Of a stretch of DNA of 64,000 nt, positions 1-15,167 are shown in pieces; position 1 is the first letter of the stretch; every line of letters begins with the position of its first letter. Under the pieces are notes generated by a model. That model had not been told where the DNA came from. It saw only the letters and a list, made by a program, of their open reading frames with translations, and ran no database searches. The DNA is taken from NCBI RefSeq assembly GCF_009914755.1, contig NC_060932.1. One strand, written 5' to 3'. Both the position numbers and the translations under genes were made by a program. The stretch is from the human T2T-CHM13v2.0 reference genome, Homo sapiens.

Positions 1-107
1 GCATAAGGGATTTGGCTTCTGGCAGGCCAGGTCCCACCTGTAACTTGCTCATTCCAAGTAACACAGTTCAGAGAGCTCTGCATCTTGGTTAATAATACTA
101 ACTTTTG

Positions 108-430
<323 letters not shown>

Positions 431-544
431 CTAACTTTTGTTTATTGCATTACTACTTTCAAAATACTTTACATTTCTAAGTTAGGCTCCACAATGAACA
501 ACGCTGTGAGACAGGCAGGAAAATGTAATAATAATTTCCTTATT

Positions 545-740
545 TTTTATTCAACAAACAACAAGTGCTTACTGTGGATGTGCTTAGCACAATTCTAGCT
601 ACCGAGAGACAAACAGGAACAAAATGTGGTCCTTGCTCTCATCAGATTGGGAAACCATAGTTCAGATAAATGGATTGACACCTGCTCAAAGCCAAGCAGA
701 TCTTCCGACTCTTTACCTAGTGCTTTTTCTGCTACACGGT
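545..740 (-). mobile_element. L2 3' end plus MIR fragments
   Basis: ttcaacaaac..gtgcttactgtg..gtccttgctctcat resembles reverse L2 3' end, followed by MIR-like segment. Confidence 0.5.
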
Positions 741-871
741 GCTAGGAGCAGGAGCCTTTCATTAGAAAAGTTTCGGGGTTAGGCTGACAAAGTGTGAGGT
801 GTGCCAAGGGGACCTGTGCAGGACATAGTGAGTGCCTCTCTAGGGTGCACAGACCCCAGGTGGCTTTCCCG

Positions 872-1357
872 TTGTTTTAGCTTCCTGTGGCTATTATTGT
901 AAAAAAATAAAATAAAAAAATAAAAATAAAATGACCACAAACTTGACGGTTTAAAACAACAAAAATTTGGTCTTTCCCAGCTCTGGAGGCCAGAAGTCTG
1001 AAATCAGTGTCACTGGACTGAAATCAAGGTTTCAGCAGAGACCTTCAGCAGGGTTGCACTTTCCCCAGAGGCTCTCAGACAGAGTCTGTCCTCTGCCTCA
1101 TCTGGCTTCTGGTGGCTGCTGGCATTCCTTGGGTTGTGGCCACATGGCTCCAGTCTTTCAAGCCAACATTGTAGAAATTTTTCCTGTTCCATATTCACTT
1201 CACCGTGTGTGTCTGTAAAATTTCCCTCTGCTCTCTCTTATAAAGATATTTCTGATGGTATGCAGGGCCCACCTGGATAATCAAAGGCTCTTTTTCCAAA
1301 TAAGATAACATTTACAAGTTCCAGGGATCATTTGTGACTATTATTCAGCTTACTACA
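872..1357 (-). mobile_element. MaLR solo LTR, MLT1D-like
   Basis: ccacaaacttgacggtttaaaacaac..ctggaggccagaagtctgaaatc..tcactggactgaaatcaagg..gggcccacctggataatc typical of reverse MLT1. Confidence 0.85.
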
Positions 1358-1597
1358 CTCCTGCAAACCAAAGCACACTTTGAGAAGCAGTGATAAGCGT
1401 TTATCTTTTCATCTCCAAATGTGCTCCATGCAGAGGCCAGAACGCGGGCTCTAGAAAGAAGCATGAAAAATCCAGTCCAACACAAGTCAGGAGAGGGAAG
1501 GGCCTTTCACAGGTTACTTGTGCCAAGTTAATGGTCACAAAAGGATCTGGCCTCCTAGTTTCCAGTTTTCCAGTCTTGTGCTGTTTTGCAAAGAAGT

Positions 1598-2659
<1,062 letters not shown>

Positions 2660-3539
2660 AAGTTTTCCACTGAGATCAGGAATATGCACTCTTTACATAT
2701 ATGAGCCCCTCCCCTCTGCACTCACTCGCCTCCTGGGACTCTCTCCAAAGGCTGCTACTAGGGTGCTGATGTGAGGGCAGAGGAGATGGAGGGTGGGCAG
2801 AAGAGGTGAGCAGGAGGTCACAGCCTGGTTGGGGACTGAAAGAGGGCAGAGAGTGGACACTGTCCCTCTGGCATAGGGAAGATCCTCGGTCTGGTCCAAG
2901 GATGGTCCAGAGACCACTGCCAACTATTCCTTCCCCCTCCATCTCTAAGCAGTTCTGCAACAGACCTTCCCAAGGGAGCTGGTTCACAGCCTCCCCACAG
3001 AATCCCAGGCTGCCAAGGCTGATAAGAGCCCAGAGCAAAGGCATTGCCACGTCTCATTAGAGCCAGGCTGCAAGGTAAGGGCTCTGAGATTGCAGAGATC
3101 AGGGAGCCTTTGAAGTGCAAATTCAGAACTGCTGAAGGGCCTTGGCTCTTTAAAGGCAGATTCCTCTTAGAGACTGGTTAGATGAAAACTCTGGAAGTTT
3201 CATGTCATATAGCATAAAAGCCAAATACTAGCAGGGAGCTTGCCTGAAAGGATAAATACAACTGGAAGAAAGCCATCCTCTTTCTTAAACTAGCTGCCCC
3301 TGCCTGCATGGCTGCTAGCAGCCTAGCGATTCTCTGCCCTGCAGGCTGAGTCTCCATTCTCAATGGAGGACAATGAGTGCTCCATCATTCCTGATAGCCA
3401 ACCAGTTGGCAAATCTTAGAGACTTGCTCTCTGCAATTCAATTCACATCAGTCGTTTCCTTGTACCACTGCCCTGTTTATGGTCCGCATTTACTACTCCT
3501 CATCTTTATTTTAATTACAAAAATAGCACATGCTTGTTT

Positions 3540-3752
3540 CAGAAGGGGCCAAGAGCCAAGGAATGGAAGGAGTGAAGTTCTAGAAGCTGGAAAAGACATG
3601 AAAGCAAGTTCTCCCCTGGAGCCATCTTGATTTTGGACCAGTGAAACTGGTTTTGGACTTCTTACTCCAGAACTGTAAGAGAATAAATGTATGCTGTTTT
3701 AAGTCACCACCTTTGTGGTAATTTGTTACAGCAGCCACAGGAAACTAATACA
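3540..3752 (+). mobile_element. MLT1 LTR 3' fragment
   Basis: ccagaactgtaagagaataaat..gttacagcagccacaggaaactaataca terminal motif. Confidence 0.85.
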
Positions 3753-3874
3753 GGTTGTTTACAACTTTTCAGAATTATAAATATTTTATTATCTTCTAAA
3801 TCTTGGTAGGAACCCGTGACTCCAATTTCCCATGGCTTCAGTCTGTCCTAAGCAGCCACTCCTCTGCTCCAGGG

Positions 3875-4325
3875 CCTGTAATGATTCCCCTACTGCTGGA
3901 AAGTGAAATCCAAACTCTTTAGCTCAAAGACCCTCCACAACCAGCCCCAACCCACTTTTCTAGCCTTAAAATCAGCTTTTTGTTCTATGACCACAACACT
4001 CTCCAAATGCACTTTGTACATTCATTGCTGGCTCACAAAATTTTCTGTCTATGAAATGGTTTCCTTAGCCCTTAGCCCTTCTCTGCAGATGGCTTGAAGC
4101 TCCAGCTCAAATGAGATCTCTTCCTATTAAGGTCCCTCTTTGTCCTCCACCCACACCCAACAGGATGTTATTTTTGCCTTCAGTGAACATGCATAACACT
4201 TTGCATCTCTTTCCTGGCAAATATCAATTCCATCTTGTGTTTGAGTTATACATTTACGTATTATGTGCCTAGCACTTAAACAATTTGCTGAATTATTTGT
4301 TTATTAAATATTTGCTGAATTGAAT
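3875..4325 (+). mobile_element. L2 fragment
   Basis: aaatccaaactctttagc..tgtgcctagcac..aaatatttgctgaat degenerate L2 3' region. Confidence 0.55.
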
Positions 4326-4416
4326 TGAAATGTGAACTATGCTATGTAGAGAAGAAGGCCTACTTCCTCCTTGTGTTCTACTTTGATATGGTAAGATGGA
4401 ATCACCATTGATTTAA

Positions 4417-4727
<311 letters not shown>

Positions 4728-4944
4728 CAACAATTTTTTTTTATTTTAATTATTCTGAGTGTATAATAGTTGTATAAACATAATTGATTTTAACAACAAA
4801 AGATGGTCATTAGAAATGGCCAAGTAAAGTAGGCTTAAATTATGATTCTGGTTTTTCAAACCTAATCCTTCATTTATTGCGCCTTTAGAGATGCAAGAAT
4901 AAATGTGATGGCAGTTCATGAGGAAAGAACTGGAGAATATGAGC

Positions 4945-5070
4945 TGACCGCAAAGTCAACAGTGATTTCCCACTGTGATTCCGTTGTTGAAAACGCTAAT
5001 ACCATCTCAGGCTGCACTTACAAGAGTGCAAGTCCAGAACGAAGAGGACATTGCCTCATGGTTCTTTCAG
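4945..5070 (+). mobile_element. CR1/L3 LINE fragment (continues near 5640-5675)
   Basis: cactgtgattccgttgttgaaaacgctaataccatctcaggctgcact..gtccagaacgaagagg matches CR1 RT 3' region; tattgtgtccagtttctgg resumes after MER5/Alu. Confidence 0.6.
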
Positions 5071-5109
5071 ATGCATCTTCTGTGGGAGATCTGATCAATG
5101 TGGTCACTG

Positions 5110-5600
<491 letters not shown>

Positions 5601-5838
5601 AAACAAAAACTCAGGTTGTTTTCAATGATGGGACTCTATTATTCAGAATATTGTGTCCAGTTTCTGGTTCCAGAGTCTCAAGCTCCCTGATTATTGCCTG
5701 TGCTGGGTCTCATCAAAATCAATCCCAAGTGTTGGTCTTTGATGCTGTACCTACTGAGAAACAAACGGAGCAACAAATCAATTGGCTAGCAGGGAAGGTC
5801 TGGGGTTTCAACTAACTGGTTATTTTTTGGTTAGTCAC

Positions 5839-6277
5839 TGTCTTAGTCCATTTGTGTTGCTATAAAGGAATACCAGAGACTGGGTAATTTATAAAGAAAA
5901 GAGGTTTATGTGGCTCACTGTTCTGCAGGCTCTACAAGAAGCATGGTATCAGCATCTGCTTCTGATGATGCCTCAGGCTGCTTCCACTCAAGTTGGAAGG
6001 AAAAAGGGAGGCTGCATGTGCAGAGATCACACGGAGGAGGAGGAAGCAAAAGAGAACGTGAGTGGAGACGCCAGGTTCTTTTTAACAATCAGCTCTACAG
6101 GGGACTAGTTGGGCAAGAACTCATTCGTTCCCCTCTACCCCTGTCTCCTGAGGGGCATTAATCAATTCGGGAGGGACCCACCCCTGTGACTGTAACACCT
6201 CCCATTAGGCCCCACCTCTAACACTGAGGATCGCATTTCAACATGAGGTTTGGGAGACACAAATCCAAACTATAGCA
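5839..6277 (-). mobile_element. MaLR solo LTR, MSTB-like, inserted into a MIR
   Basis: tgtcttagtccatttgtgttgctataaaggaatacc..ccaaactatagca; perfect 5-bp TSD GTCAC. Confidence 0.9.
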
Positions 6278-7204
6278 GTCACTTAATGCACTAAGCCTCA
6301 GTTCCTCCATCAGGAATGTGGGCTGTAATTCACAAGCTCCAGCCACGTGACTGATTTCAAAGAGAGGAATGAAACAGGCCTAGACTATTATGACAGCAGA
6401 GGAGCCACCAAAGACAAAAATACCTCAGTGTTACCAGTAGTCTTGTGTGTGTGGTGGTGATAAGATCCTCAAGTGACCGTGGCGCGGGTAGAACTGGTAC
6501 CTTGTCTGAGTTGATCCTATATTCTAGAAGGAGATCTGAATGATTCAAAGCAGTTACATTGCCCATAACCCTTCCTTCACCCCAGAGGCAGAGCCATTCC
6601 CACCGCCTGCGGTGGAAGCAGTGGAAGTGGTGGGGAGAGCCAAGGCCATGGGTCACAAGGCTCTGCCCCTGTCACACTGTCCATCCTGATTTCAGAGATT
6701 TACCGCTGGCACCTACATTAACAAAGCCATTGGAAGAGCCCAGTCCAGACAGATGACCAGGAGGAAGGAATCATTTCTCAGCCTTAACGCTATTTGTTGA
6801 TCTTGTGCCCACTGTCATTAACCTCTGAGAGTGAAAGCAGGCTGCTCCATTACATTTTCTGATCACCCACTTTATGGCATCGTTAAAATTAATAGAGCAC
6901 TCATCTCAGCACATAACGAGCAGACCGTGTTGAGGAGGCAGTGTTCCTGGAAAAATACTGGCAGAGGCCCCGAGTGTATGTTCACTGTCAGCGTGGTACA
7001 GCCCGGGCCCAGGTCCCACGCAGGTGCTGAGAACAGCTGGGAACCTTAGCTAAGACAATTGTACTGTTAAAATGGGCACTATGCATTCTCAGCCCCATTG
7101 CTCCTTGGTAGAAGGCACTGCTGAGCTGAAGCAGTACTTGGAGTCAGAGAGGAGAAAATAAGACAATTTGCACACTGATTTCTTTTGGGTTAAAGAGGAA
7201 GTGG

Positions 7205-7375
7205 AGGGTTTCTGTTTGGGATGATAGAAAAGTTCTGGAAATGGATGTTGGTGATGGTTGCCCAGCATTGTTCAATATACTTAACACCACTGAACTGTAT
7301 ACTTAAAAACGGTTAAAAGTTTTCTGGGTAACTTTTAAGTTATATGTGTTTTATCACAATTTTTTTCAAAAAAGA
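7205..7375 (+). mobile_element. L1M (L1MB-like) 3' end fragment
   Basis: gggatgatagaaaagttctggaaatggat..ccactgaactgtatacttaaaaacggttaaa. Confidence 0.75.
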
Positions 7376-7619
7376 AAGTGGGTCAGCTCATTCATAGACA
7401 AGGTTGAAGGTAGCTAAACACTTGCCACTATGTTCCTTCTTGATTTTAAATGTCACACTGAACACATAACCCTCTGACCTCTTGGTAGAGTTGACTTATC
7501 TTGGGAACAGTGACAAAAGCTGCCTCTTATTGTAGGGACCATACATGTGCTTTTGCTGATTCTAATTATGGGGCATTTGAGAGCAAAGGGGGCTTCTCCA
7601 AACACTTGAGTAATTTTCA

Positions 7620-7940
<321 letters not shown>

Positions 7941-7960
7941 AGAAAGGCTTGAACCCTTTT

Positions 7961-8556
7961 TAAGACAGGAGTAATACAGCCTAGTTGCAGGACAATAGAA
8001 AATTCCAGGCAACAGTTTTACATGACTAGCAAAAGGAAACTATTAAAATAGCTGCAGAAGCTAGGAACGGCTAAGACCCTGAAAAACCAGCGTGTGCACC
8101 AAGCTGGCTAAGACTGACTGGACCAAATGTGGTGCTGGACTTGAGCCAGGTTTCACCTAGGACCTCACCTTCTGCTCATTAACATCCTAAATCACACATT
8201 CACCAGTGCCATAACAGTTTCAGGAACAACCATATTTGGTGTAAAAATGGGCAGCACCACAATTCCGAGAAATCTCCATGTTTTTCTAGGAATTTTCATG
8301 AATCTTCTACCCCTTGGTTAAAGAAAACTATAAAGGCAACAGCCCCAAACCCCCTTGGTGGATCTCTCTCTTGAGTACACCTGCATCCCCTTTTTATGAG
8401 TGTGTGCTATTCTCTTTGCAATAAATCTCTGTACTTTCACTAATATTTCCCAATTCATCTTTGAATTCATTCTTAAAATGGTGTCAAGATCCTGGACACT
8501 GGTTGGGGTTGAGGTTCCAACAGCATTTGGGGACCTCCCCCAGACTACTAGTGTCA
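7961..8556 (+). mobile_element. ERV1 solo LTR, MER66/MER41-group
   Basis: Starts taagacaggagtaatacag..gaaaattccaggc, TATA-like tataaa ~8329, AATAAA ~8420, ends ..gtgtca; flanking CTTTT on both sides. Confidence 0.8.
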
Positions 8557-8776
8557 CTTTTATCCTCTGAAAGATAGATAAAAAAGCATTTGTCCCTGGC
8601 GTAGACCATCCTATTTTTCCTATGGAAATAATAAACAATTCATCCTAGTTAGTATAGATAATATATTGTTTCTACGCCAACTCGCCATTTGTCTTTCTCT
8701 TCCAGAACTGAATACTTCAATAGAGTGCTGGACTAGGAAAGGACTTTTGAATTTCTGGCCCAGATTCACATCCCTC

Positions 8777-9169
8777 TGTTAAATTAAGTTTAGCCTAAAG
8801 CTGCCTCCTTACATATTTTAACGTCAGCCTAAAGGTTTCTCCACACATTGTGAACTATTACCTAACTGGACGTGTGACCAGTCAGGTACTACTCTTTTGC
8901 CAGTCACCAAGTTTTGGCCAATCAAAGATAGCCAGCTATTCAAACCATGTTCAAATAAGGCAAACGCTGAGCTCTAACCAATCCAGCTGTTTCTGTACCT
9001 CACTTCCATCTTCTGCACATCACTTTCCTTTTTCTCTCCATACATCCTCTGCAACCACAGCAGAGTCTCTCTGAACCTACTGAGGTTCAGGGGACTGCCC
9101 AGTTCATGCATTGATTTGCCCAACTAAAACTCTGTTAAATGTAATTTGTCTAAAGTTTTTCTTTTATCA
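8777..9169 (+). mobile_element. ERV1 solo LTR, MER57B-like
   Basis: tgttaaattaagtttagcctaaagctgcctccttacata start, two CCAAT boxes, ends ..ttttatca; 4-bp TSD CCTC. Confidence 0.88.
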
Positions 9170-10225
9170 CCTCTGCCATATTTAGGCCTCTGAATGTCTT
9201 CACCATCCAGAGACAGATAAAATGTAAAGACTGAAAGAGGCCTGAAGTGTCCACCTCTATGAAACCCCGTGCAATGCCTGTCAAATGGTCACGGTCTTTG
9301 GTCAGACACCTCTGGCCTGGCTTTCTCTTTGAGAAAAGTCACACCCTGTAACTATTACTCATCCTACATCCTCAGAGAGCCTGCCGACATAAATAAGAAC
9401 TCAGACATAAATTAGGTTTCAGACACCAATAGATTTTTTAAGTATCTTCCACCAATCTCTGTATCTCTACTGGCTTTAGATTGGGTTATTTTAATCTTCC
9501 AGGAAGATGTTTGTAGGTTCAGAAATTTCAGATCAATTCACGTTTTCTACTTGCAGTTTCTAGCTCGAAATCACGTATGGAAGCTGAGTCACCTCCGTTT
9601 CTCCTGGAGCCCGAGCTGGCTGTCACCGAGACCTTGCTCATTATGCAGACTCATTCACATGCATACCCAAAGCAACACTTGACGGTTGTGGAAGATTTCC
9701 ATCCTCACAGGTCATGAAATGCGTCTCCACCGGAATACTGGTTGTTTATCACCTACACTAACGATTTACAATGGCCTAAGTGTTGTATTCCTAGTGACTG
9801 TAGTCTGAATCAAAAACTCCTGCCCTGAAGCAAGGACAACTTCTTTATTCACATGGAGAATGATAGCAGGGAAAAGGCAAAAATTTAACAATAACGAAGA
9901 AAAATCCCTCTTTTTCTATGTGCAGAATAAAAATCTTATTAAAATAAGACCTTTCAAGTGCTTCCTTTCACTGTTCATTTGGGAAGGTATTTCACAGACG
10001 GTATGAACACCCTGAAATGTTGCCCGGTCTGAAATATTTTATCTGCAGCTTTAGAAGAACAAAGGGTAAAACATATGGAAAGGAGAAACCAGCAGTAGAC
10101 GGCACAGCTAAGGACAGGGACAGGAATGCAAATTATGATTCTTGTCTCAAAATATTTCTGGTCAGTTTCTACCCACCGAGGGCCATCTCTGGGTGCAGGG
10201 TAGAGACTGCATATGGGGTGATTAA

Positions 10226-10599
<374 letters not shown>

Positions 10600-10656
10600 C
10601 AAAGACACACTTTTAAAAGAAATGAGGAAGGTGGATTTTCATTTTTGCAAAGTCAT

Positions 10657-11101
10657 CGTTGGGATAGGTAGAATTGTGTTTCCCCAAAGTTTGAATGTTA
10701 AAGTCCTAACCCCCAGTACTTCACAACGCAACCTTATTTGGAAAAAGGTGATTGTAAATGTAATTGATAGATGATACTGGAATAGGGTAGGCCCCTAATC
10801 CAGTATCAGTGGTGCCCTTATAAAAAAAAAAGGGGAATTTGGATACAGAGACAGAGAGAAGACCTTGTGAAGACACAAGAAGATGCCATCTACAAGGAAC
10901 ACCAAAGATTCCCAGAAAGCCACCAGAAGTAAGGAGAGAGGCATGAAACTGATCTTCCCTCACAGCCCTCGGAAGGAACCAGCCCTCTTGACACCTTGAT
11001 CTTGGACTTCTACCCTCTTGAACTGTGAGAAAATACATTTCTGTTGTGTAAACTACCCAGCTTCTGGTTTTTTGTAACGGTAGCCCTAGAAAACTAACAC
11101 A
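10657..11101 (+). mobile_element. MaLR solo LTR, MLT1B/C-like
   Basis: gaattgtgtttcccc..gtcctaacccccagtac..gaaggaaccagccc..gccctagaaaactaacaca. Confidence 0.87.
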
Positions 11102-11371
11102 GTGGTCAAACTGAAAGCATTTATTTCAGTGTATTGTTTTTGCAAAGTCGTAGAAGCTGCAATACCTAAAAGTACAATTTTATTTTCAAAGCATTATGAC
11201 TAGAAATATTTCTTACTATCTTGATTTCTATTCTATTGCTCATACACACTCCTCATGCACACATGTAGATTTGTATATAATTCATAGAGTCTTTCTCTAT
11301 TCCTGATTCCTTATGTTTGGAATTCCTATTCTTAGCCCTTAAAAATATTTCCAAAGACTTCCTTTCTTAGA

Positions 11372-11530
11372 TTCCTTCCTTCCTTCCTTCCTTCCTTCCT
11401 TGCTTCCTTCCTTCTGCCTTCCTGCCTGCCTTCCTGCCTTCCTTCCTAACTTCCTGCCTTCTTACCTGCCTGCCTTCCTGCCTTCCTGCCTGCCTGCCTT
11501 CCTTCTTTTCTTTCTACTTTTTCTTTCTTT
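11372..11530. repeat. (TTCC)7 followed by degenerate CCTG/CCTT polypyrimidine tract
   Basis: Read directly. Confidence 0.9.
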
Positions 11531-11725
11531 CTTGACTTTATTGCTTATTGCAGCTGAAAATGTTCTCTCACAAAGATGCACAGAGCCAGATGGAACAAAA
11601 ACCTCTTTAGATGCTCATTTTCATTCCACTCCATCGATTGTGTAAAGGTTTTTGTTTAAATTGTGCTGGTAATTTTTGTTTTCTCTGATATCAAGAAGTT
11701 TCTCTTCCTAACTGATCACAAGGTG

Positions 11726-12031
11726 CAGTAGCTCTCCCTTATCCATGGGAGATGCTTTCCAAGACCTCCAGTGGTTGCCTGAAACCTCGGATAGTACCGA
11801 ACCCTATATAGAGTATGTTTTTTCCTGTACATTTATATCTATGATAAAATCTATCAGTTATGCACAGTAAGAGAATAACAACAACAATAATAAAATAGAA
11901 CATTTATAACAATACGGTGTACTAAAAGTTACATGAATATGGTCCTCTTTTTCTCAAAACGTCTCACTGTACTGTACTGCGGGTAACTAGAACCACAGGA
12001 AGTAAAACCACAGATGGTGGGGGGACTACTG
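11726..12031 (-). mobile_element. MER44-like Tigger MITE
   Basis: TIRs cagtagctctcccttatcc / gatggtggggggactactg; internal gcctgaaacctcggatagtaccgaaccctata. Confidence 0.82.
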
Positions 12032-12060
12032 GATTTCATTTTGGTGTTTTTAACAAATAG

Positions 12061-12431
<371 letters not shown>

Positions 12432-12955
12432 TGAGAGTTTTTATATGTGACACACAGAATTTTTAAATTAAAAAAAAGAACACATAAACTTGAAAATGTT
12501 TCCAAATATTCACTTTCAAATTATTCTTTTCATAGCATGCATTTCTTCAAAAAGCATCTTCTCACAGATTGGCCATCTTCATTTAAAATCTGATAGATCA
12601 TCTCTGATTTTTAAAATAACTCATCATGTGGGCAGATACAGAGCCCACTTGGCAAGTAGAATAAATGTCAGGTCTTCCTTTTTCTTGATATTCTCTTGTG
12701 CTTGCATTATTATTATCTTCAATGGACTACTCAGGTTGTTTGGACATTTTCTGGGTCAGAGTTTTCTGCAGTGATGACATAGGCAATTCCTTGAAGAAAC
12801 TGTTTTAAGCCACTTGTTCATTTTGTGAGGATTAGTTTAATCTAGATAACAATACCTGTAAGTGCATTTAACTGGGAGCATGTCCAGTGCAACATTGTCC
12901 AATAACCTGATAGCCTGATAGCTCATGGCTAAGTAAGGGGCTGCCATCATTATTC

Positions 12956-13258
12956 TTTTTTTTTTTTTTTTTTTTTTTTTTGAGACAGGGTCTTGCTCTG
13001 TCACTCAGGCGGGAGTGCAGTGGAACAATCTTGGCTTACTGCAACCTCCACTTCCCAAGCTCAAGTGAGCCTCCCACTTCAGCCTCTCTAGGAGCTGGGA
13101 CTACAGGCACGTGCCACCACACCCAGCTAATTTCTGTGTTTTTGTAGAGATGGTGTTTTGCCACGTTGCCCAGGTCTTGAACTCCTGGGCTCAAGCGATC
13201 CACCTGTCTAGTCCTCCCAAAGCTCTAGAATCACAGGTGTGAGCCACTGTGCTCAGCC
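12956..13258 (-). mobile_element. AluJ
   Basis: Reverse Alu with ctcctgggctcaagcgatcc J-type motifs, diverged. Confidence 0.88.
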
Positions 13259-13551
13259 CATTTACATTCTTGATCAAATAATCTCCACTCTTCTCTTAAG
13301 ATCCTGGGAACACTACATGGGTCCCATGATGATGTTTGGGACTTGCAGACTAAATGAGACTGCCAATTTAATGCATCTATTAATATTAGTCAAGTTAAAC
13401 GTCTTAATTTTTGATAAAACTAAATGTAAGTGGAAGTTTTAGCATTTTCTCCAGCACTCCAATGGATCAGCGCTGGACATTCTGTTTGGGAGACCACTGA
13501 TCTAGATCAAGGGCTGTTGGAAGGGCTGTGAAATTCTTTAATACTTAAAAA

Positions 13552-13655
13552 ATTATTTAATTTAAAAAATTGACAGATAACATGATGTTTTCAAATATGT
13601 CTACCTTGTGGAATGGGAAAGTCAAGCTAATTAACATATGCATTACTTCGCATAA
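13552..13655 (-). mobile_element. L1MA 3' end fragment
   Basis: aattgacagataacatgatgtttt..ttgtggaatgg..caagctaattaacatatgcattac. Confidence 0.6.
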
Positions 13656-14206
13656 ATCCTTTGATACTTTTTATTAGATTCTGCCATATTGCTTACTATA
13701 GCTTTGGGAAACACAGGGGCGATATGGATGGATCACCATTGTACAGTCAAAGAAACTCACAGGAAGGCACCCTGGTCACTTCCAAGATTGTGGACTACTG
13801 GGGCCATCTCTGTTTTATTACCTCTAATCACTAAGTGAGTCTTTGCCCCATTTTCTTAAGGCTGTGTTGTTCTTTTAGACTGGCTACAGTGGGGCTTCCA
13901 AAGATAAGACAGAATATCCCATAGCAAACAAGCTGTCAAGTTGGCCAGGGTGATTTGTTAGGATTTCTTTTTTGGCCAATTAAAAAATAGCTGTCAAAAG
14001 CACTACTTTGTAGGACTCATTAAGGTAATGTTCAAATTGTCTCTAATGGTTCTTTGACCATGATTAAGCAAAACAAATAACACAAAACAAAAATCTTCCT
14101 ATTTCCCAGAGTCCTGGGTTTATCACAAATGCTATTAAGGTTACGAGTTTTGTCCTTTGATAAAAGAAGAACCACGTTTGGAAATTGTCATTACCCTTTA
14201 TTTTTC

Positions 14207-14207
<1 letters not shown>

Positions 14208-14253
<46 letters not shown>
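14208..14253. repeat. (AC)23 microsatellite
   Basis: Perfect dinucleotide run. Confidence 0.97.
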
Positions 14254-14255
<2 letters not shown>

Positions 14256-15167
14256 CTACATTGGTTTGTTTCTGAGCGATGTGTAAGGGAATTAAAAAAA
14301 TCCTTTGGTAAATACATATGCTAGTGTAAATGGGTAGAAGTTATTAGTTTTAAACACTTCATATAGTATGGAGTGCAAGTAACAAGGCTCCCAGCTGAAA
14401 TGATTAAAAAGTGATATTGTAGAAAAAGGTGTGGTCCCAGACTTCCTGTACCAGTGTTACTTGTTGAGATTGTTCTGAATCTGCCTATTCTCAGGTTCCT
14501 CCTCCAGGATACTGACATAGCAACAACACGGATTTTTCAGGCGATTCTTAGGAACAATGGAGTTTGAGCACCATTTGGTCTAGGCTGTGTGTCAATAAAG
14601 GTATCAACTCAAGCGTGTACACACTGCAGTCTGCTGTACTGGAAATGACTTATTTATTCTACGTTCATTCACAGCTTCTGTTTATGGCATAATACCTTCT
14701 GAGAGTAGGCCATTATGACAACAATGCCTCTGTTTCCTCCAGATTCTTGGCTGTCACTATCCTGACCTACCACCTGTGTCACATCCCATTAGGTTCTGTG
14801 GATGAGGCATGGTGCTTGGCACAGACTGACACAAGTTTGGGCAAACTTGGCAGAGCAGCCTAACCCAAAGCGAAAAACAGAAATGAACCAAGATACAACC
14901 TCTGTGGAAAACCCTACTGAACAAAAGCAACTCTGTGGAGTGTCCTCTCAGCTGCAAATTGAGACAGAATTGTGGGGCAAGCTTGGCCACTGATGCAGGT
15001 GATGGGCCCGGGGCTGGGATGAACAATGGGGACAGTGATTGTTGGTTCAAAACCAGTTTCTTTGACATGCATTTCCCAGCGTGTGTTCTATAGAACACCA
15101 ATCTTACCCGATGTTCCAGGACGAAAGGGTTTCATGGTTAAAACCCTCTCTTGGATATTCTCAAGTC

